The notes below the pieces were generated by a model. That model was not told the DNA's origin, did no database searches, and was given only the letters and a program-made list of their open reading frames with translations. Both the position numbers and the translations under genes were made by a program. Shown here piece by piece: positions 16,623-20,000 of a stretch of 20,000 nucleotides of DNA. Source of the stretch: an uncultured virus (IMG/VR IMGVR_UViG_2643221865_000004) (Duplodnaviria > Heunggongvirae > Uroviricota > Caudoviricetes); IMG/VR virus record IMGVR_UViG_2643221865_000004; one strand, given 5' to 3'. Positions within the stretch are counted from its first letter, which is position 1; each line of letters begins with the position of its first letter.

Positions 16623-16656
16623 GAAGGTTCCTTCCAGTCTGCGGTGACGCAGGTGG

Positions 16657-16666
16657 GACATGTGGC
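16657..16666 (-). promoter_or_regulatory. Class A upstream motif GCCACATGTC
   Basis: Intergenic, core 36 nt before TTG 16622. Confidence 0.55.
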
Positions 16667-16684
16667 AGAGCCTCCGCGATCCTC

Positions 16685-17539
16685 TCAGCTGATCCGTTCG
16701 ACGTGCGCGAAGACGGCAGGCCAATCGTTGTGGTCGAAGTTCTTCTCACCGGTGTGGTGCGTGAACCGGTACACGCCAGGGGTCACGTCCACGACGGGCA
16801 TCGTCCACGGGAGGTCGGCGGGGTTGGCTCCGTTGACCATCCACTCAGCGAGCTCTTTGAGCCGGTAGGAGTTGTCGTCGTCCAGGTCCGGCTTCGCCAG
16901 CCAGGTGGTGAGCTTGCCGAGCCAGTCGTCGTAGTCGGCGATCGAGTACGCCCACAGGTCGGTGCAGATCGAAGCGAGCTCCGTACCCTCCGGGTTCCCG
17001 TCCTCCCCCGGTGCGAGCTCGGAGTCGAAGTGGCTGATGATGAACCGGTCTTCGCCGGTCCGGATCAGTGACGGGCTGGAGTTCAGCACCGGCCCGTACG
17101 CACACCCCTGCTCAGCCATCTCGCGGGTGGCGCGAGCCTGGCCAGCGACGGAGTTGTAGTCGGAGCGTCCCTCGCCCACTGTGTCGAAGTCGTAGAGGGG
17201 GCGGAGGTCGTCGCTGACGATCAGCTTCCCGCTGGGGACCGACAGCTCGATGACCGTCGTCAGACCGTCAGGCATCGAGCATTCTGACGCGGCGGCCAGT
17301 GAGACCGGGTCGCCGTTATCGTCCTCGACGACGGCCCAGGACGGGTAGGCGTCGCACATGTGGCAGGAGAACACGGCACCGTACAGCTGTGGCTTGAACC
17401 AGGTGGTCCCGCCATCCCTGACCAGTCCGGACTGCTCTGCGACGATCTCGTTACGAAAGCGACCATGAATGTGCATGTGGCCACGCTCGTCAATCGGCAG
17501 GCCGGTCAGGTCGCGGCTGGGGATGGTGATGTCGGACAC
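16685..17539 (-). CDS. Hypothetical protein (contains CxxC)
   Basis: GAAGGAG RBS before GTG 17539; globular composition; SCHMCD, ICTDLWAYS. Confidence 0.75.
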   Translation of the reverse strand: MSDITIPSRDLTGLPIDERGHMHIHGRFRNEIVAEQSGLVRDGGTTWFKPQLYGAVFSCHMCDAYPSWAVVEDDNGDPVSLAAASECSMPDGLTTVIELSVPSGKLIVSDDLRPLYDFDTVGEGRSDYNSVAGQARATREMAEQGCAYGPVLNSSPSLIRTGEDRFIISHFDSELAPGEDGNPEGTELASICTDLWAYSIADYDDWLGKLTTWLAKPDLDDDNSYRLKELAEWMVNGANPADLPWTMPVVDVTPGVYRFTHHTGEKNFDHNDWPAVFAHVERIS

Positions 17540-17587
17540 GTGGTGAATCTCCTTCATAGGTGCGGTGGTGGAACGTACCGGGGAGAC

Positions 17588-17605
17588 CCGGGCCCGAAGG
17601 CCCGG
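17588..17605 (-). terminator. C(UUCG)G hairpin right after the rtcB stop (terminator or 3'-end stabiliser)
   Basis: CCGGGCC-TTCG-GGCCCGG on the minus strand; no U-tract. Confidence 0.5.
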
Positions 17606-17606
17606 A

Positions 17607-18824
17607 TCAGCCCTTGACGCAGAGGAGCGTCTGCAGGTGCTCGACAACCTCGACCAGGTCGGACTGGGCGTCGATCACACTGTGGATGTCCTTGTACGAG
17701 TCCGGCAGCTCGTCGAGGATCCCCGCGTCTCGGCGGGACTCGATGGTCCCGAGCTGGCGGGCGATCTCCGAAGCGCCGTCGTCGTCGCCTCGGAACAGGT
17801 CCTTGGCCTTGTTCCGTGAGAGTCGGCGGCCGGCGCCGTGAGACGCGGACTGCATAGACAGGTCGTTGCCGAGGCCGCGGACCACGTACGAGCCGGTGCC
17901 CATCGATCCTGGGATGAGAGCGAGCTCTCCGCCGCCGGCGCGGATCGCACCCTTCCGGGTGACGAGCATCTGGCGGCCGTCGATCTCCTCCTCCGCGACG
18001 TAGTTGTGGTGGACGTTGATGGGCTCGTCGAATGTGACGCCCTTCGCCTCGAAGTGCTTGGCGACCTGCTCCTTGAACAGGCCCATCATCACTGCGCGGG
18101 AACGGAGCGCGAACTCCTGCGCCCACTCGAGGTCGTGACGGTATGCCTTCATCTCCGGGGTGTTTCGGAAGAACACCGCGAGGTCGCGGTCGGGCAGGTC
18201 CTGGTTGTGCGGGAGTGCCTTGGCGATCGCGATGTGGCGCTCTGCGAGCTCCTTGCCGATGTTGCGGCTGCCGGAGTGCAGGGTGAGCCAGATCTGGTCC
18301 TTCGAGTCGGAAGTGACCTCGATGAAGTGGTTCCCGCCGCCGAGGCTTCCGAGCTGCGCCTGGGCGCGGCCTTCGAGCTTCTGAACGCCCGTGTGGAGGT
18401 CGCGGAACGATCCCCAGAAGTTGTCCCAGCCTCGGTCGAGTCCGAGGCGTCGGACGTTCACTGCGGTGTCATGTCCGTTGAATCCGACGGGGATGGCCTT
18501 CTCGATCTTCAGGCGTAGGCCATGCAGGTCGTGAAGGTCGGACACGGTGAGGCTGGTTCGGACAGCGGAGACGCCGCAGCCGATATCGACGCCGACGGCG
18601 GAGGGGCTGATCGCCTGCTCCATCGCGATGACGGATCCGACGGTCGCTCCTTTTCCGAAGTGAACGTCCGGCATTACGGCCAGCTTATGTACCCATTCCA
18701 GGGCGGCGATGTTCCGCAGTTGCTGCAGGGCGACCTGCTCGATGTCGTGCTCGTGAGCCCAGAGGAGGGTCGGTGACTTCGCCCCGCGGAGCTCGACGGG
18801 GAACTGGTGTGTCGTGTCGGACAT
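17607..18824 (-). CDS. rtcB: RtcB RNA ligase
   Basis: MPDVHFGKGATVGSV, VGVDIGCG, GSLGGGNHFIE, LHSGSR, HHNY, RKGA, PGSMG, SHGAGR, YKDI; GAAAGGA RBS before ATG 18824. Confidence 0.97.
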   Translation of the reverse strand: MSDTTHQFPVELRGAKSPTLLWAHEHDIEQVALQQLRNIAALEWVHKLAVMPDVHFGKGATVGSVIAMEQAISPSAVGVDIGCGVSAVRTSLTVSDLHDLHGLRLKIEKAIPVGFNGHDTAVNVRRLGLDRGWDNFWGSFRDLHTGVQKLEGRAQAQLGSLGGGNHFIEVTSDSKDQIWLTLHSGSRNIGKELAERHIAIAKALPHNQDLPDRDLAVFFRNTPEMKAYRHDLEWAQEFALRSRAVMMGLFKEQVAKHFEAKGVTFDEPINVHHNYVAEEEIDGRQMLVTRKGAIRAGGGELALIPGSMGTGSYVVRGLGNDLSMQSASHGAGRRLSRNKAKDLFRGDDDGASEIARQLGTIESRRDAGILDELPDSYKDIHSVIDAQSDLVEVVEHLQTLLCVKG

Positions 18825-18886
18825 GGTGGCCGTCCTTTCGTTGTCGGTCATGTCGTGCTGGTCCGGCGATCGGTTCGCCGGGTCGG

Positions 18887-18954
18887 TTCCCTGCCGTGGA
18901 GTCGAACCACGATCCCCGCTGCAGCGGAGCTCTGCCGTTGAGACTTAGCAGGGA
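18887..18954 (-). ncRNA. tRNA-like RNA or pseudo-tRNA with non-canonical anticodon loop
   Basis: Perfect acceptor TCCCTGC/GCAGGGA, perfect T arm CGTGG-TTCGACT-CCACG, D arm CTC-AACGGCA-GAG; anticodon arm CTCCG-CTGCAG-CGGGG has only a 6-nt (or 4-nt) loop; 68 nt; no CCA. Confidence 0.75.
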
Positions 18955-18986
18955 AGTTGTTGGGGCCGTCGGATGGCTACCACCTT

Positions 18987-18995
18987 CATGTGCGG
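18987..18995 (-). promoter_or_regulatory. Class B upstream motif CCGCACATG
   Basis: 32 nt before the tRNA-like RNA/rtcB unit. Confidence 0.6.
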
Positions 18996-19031
18996 CATCC
19001 GGGGAAACGGCGGAGCTGATGCGCTGTAGCC

Positions 19032-19562
19032 CTAGAGGCTGTCGAGGAACCTGCGGATGCCGGCCATGTCGGCAGGCGTAAGCCCGACGTACGGATTCGG
19101 CTCCACGAACAGGTGCGGGATGCCCGCGGCTTTGGTGCGGACGGCGTCGCCGTGAAGTCGGATCTCAGTGTCTTCCGCCCAGATGAACGGGGTTGGTGAG
19201 GTGTCGAGGTCGGCGGCGATCACTGATGCTTTCCAGTAGCCGGCGCCGACGAATCCTTCCCTCTTCCTCAGGCCCGTGTATTCAGGGATTCGGAGCCCGG
19301 TGAGGCGGTCGTCGAACAGGTCGACCGCGGAGAGGATCTGGTCGTCGTAGTTCCAGGTGGACAGCCACACCGGTTCCAGGTTGTAGTCGGCGATGACCTG
19401 GGCGAGCTCGTCGATGAGCTGAGGCGCCCAGACGATCCGGTAGGCACCAGCACGGAAGCCGGTGCGGACCACCACGGCGGTTGCTCGTCTCCCCCAGACG
19501 GTCTCCGGGTAGTCGGCGTTGATGACGTCGTCGAAGTCGAGATACAGGCGTGTGCGTGGCAT
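19032..19562 (-). CDS. HAD-superfamily phosphatase of the Swiss-Army-Knife RNA-repair type
   Basis: LYLDFDDVIN (motif I), VWLSTW, WK, PFIWAED, VEPNPYVGLT. Confidence 0.8.
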   Translation of the reverse strand: MPRTRLYLDFDDVINADYPETVWGRRATAVVVRTGFRAGAYRIVWAPQLIDELAQVIADYNLEPVWLSTWNYDDQILSAVDLFDDRLTGLRIPEYTGLRKREGFVGAGYWKASVIAADLDTSPTPFIWAEDTEIRLHGDAVRTKAAGIPHLFVEPNPYVGLTPADMAGIRRFLDSL

Positions 19563-19584
19563 TGCCGTGATCCTCTCGTTGTTG

Positions 19585-19656
19585 TGCCCCCGGCAGGGAT
19601 CGAACCTGCGGCATACCGCTTAGAAGGCGGTCGCTCTTCCACTGAGCTACGGAGGC
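19585..19656 (-). tRNA. tRNA-Arg(UCU)
   Basis: GCCTCCG/CGGGGGC acceptor, ACCGC-CTTCTAA-GCGGT anticodon arm, GCAGGTTCGATCCCTGC T arm; CCA not encoded. Confidence 0.95.
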
Positions 19657-19664
19657 CTCCCGGC

Positions 19665-20000
19665 CTAGTAGCCGAAGATGGTCTTGTCGCCGGTGTAGTG
19701 GTTCCGGATGGTGTCAGAACCCCAGCCGCGGCTGTCGCCGGCAGGGAACCCGAGTCGTTCGCTGAGGAACGCTGCGGCTTCATCGTCGACGTTCACGGTG
19801 TCGATGTCGTATCGCTGGTAGCGCTCGTCCGTGATCCAGGACGCGACCACTGCCTCACCGAATCGAAGCTCGACGGTCGCGAGTTTGATGTCGAACTCCT
19901 GCTGGATGTCGCGGATAAGGATGGCAGCGTCAACCTGGCTGACGCCGGCGTTGAGGAAGTGCGACAAAGCCGGTTCGAGGTGAGGGGCAAGCTTGGACAA
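19665..20000 (-). CDS. Hypothetical protein (may start outside the window)
   Basis: Open frame to the window edge with plausible composition; stop 8 nt before tRNA-Arg. Confidence 0.6.
   Translation of the reverse strand: MSKLAPHLEPALSHFLNAGVSQVDAAILIRDIQQEFDIKLATVELRFGEAVVASWITDERYQRYDIDTVNVDDEAAAFLSERLGFPAGDSRGWGSDTIRNHYTGDKTIFGY

Noticed and set aside
16209..17481. Intragenic GCCACATG matches at 16209, 17357 and 17474
   Set aside because: They encode Cys/Gly-His-Met in frame, lack the downstream C of GCCACATGNC, and are not positioned before starts.
18887..18954. Calling this a standard tRNA-Cys or tRNA-Ala
   Set aside because: No 7-nt anticodon loop can be formed and the D arm is irregular.
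1..20000. CRISPR array, IS/transposase, integrase, rRNA, phage structural genes
   Set aside because: No regularly spaced repeats or diagnostic motifs were seen.

Overview
GC-rich actinobacterial DNA (the Microbacteriaceae-like assignment is inference) that reads as the accessory region of a large mobile element, either a jumbo phage or a giant plasmid/ICE. No capsid, replication or integrase genes lie in the window. It carries phage-type nucleotide and RNA-maintenance cargo: dUTPase, a tandem two-domain 5'(3')-deoxyribonucleotidase, a calcineurin-like phosphoesterase, HNH, RtcB, an RNA-repair-type HAD, tRNA-Arg(UCU), tRNA-Gln(UUG), tRNA-Cys(GCA) and a tRNA-like RNA with a shrunken anticodon loop. 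It also carries envelope genes: two class E sortases, a CHAP hydrolase, lipoproteins, a YgiC/YgiB-like pair, a non-canonical type IV pilin-like protein, and an ORF missing from the supplied track (2039..<1) with a ~650-aa acidic/Pro-rich tail followed by a PilB/PilT-type ASDIH motif. The strongest unexplained signal is a pair of oriented motifs, GCCACATGNC and CCGCACATG. Fourteen intergenic copies sit upstream of genes and RNAs on the sense strand, with fixed 10-nt or 8-nt spacing to apparently leaderless starts. This suggests an element-specific two-class promoter system.
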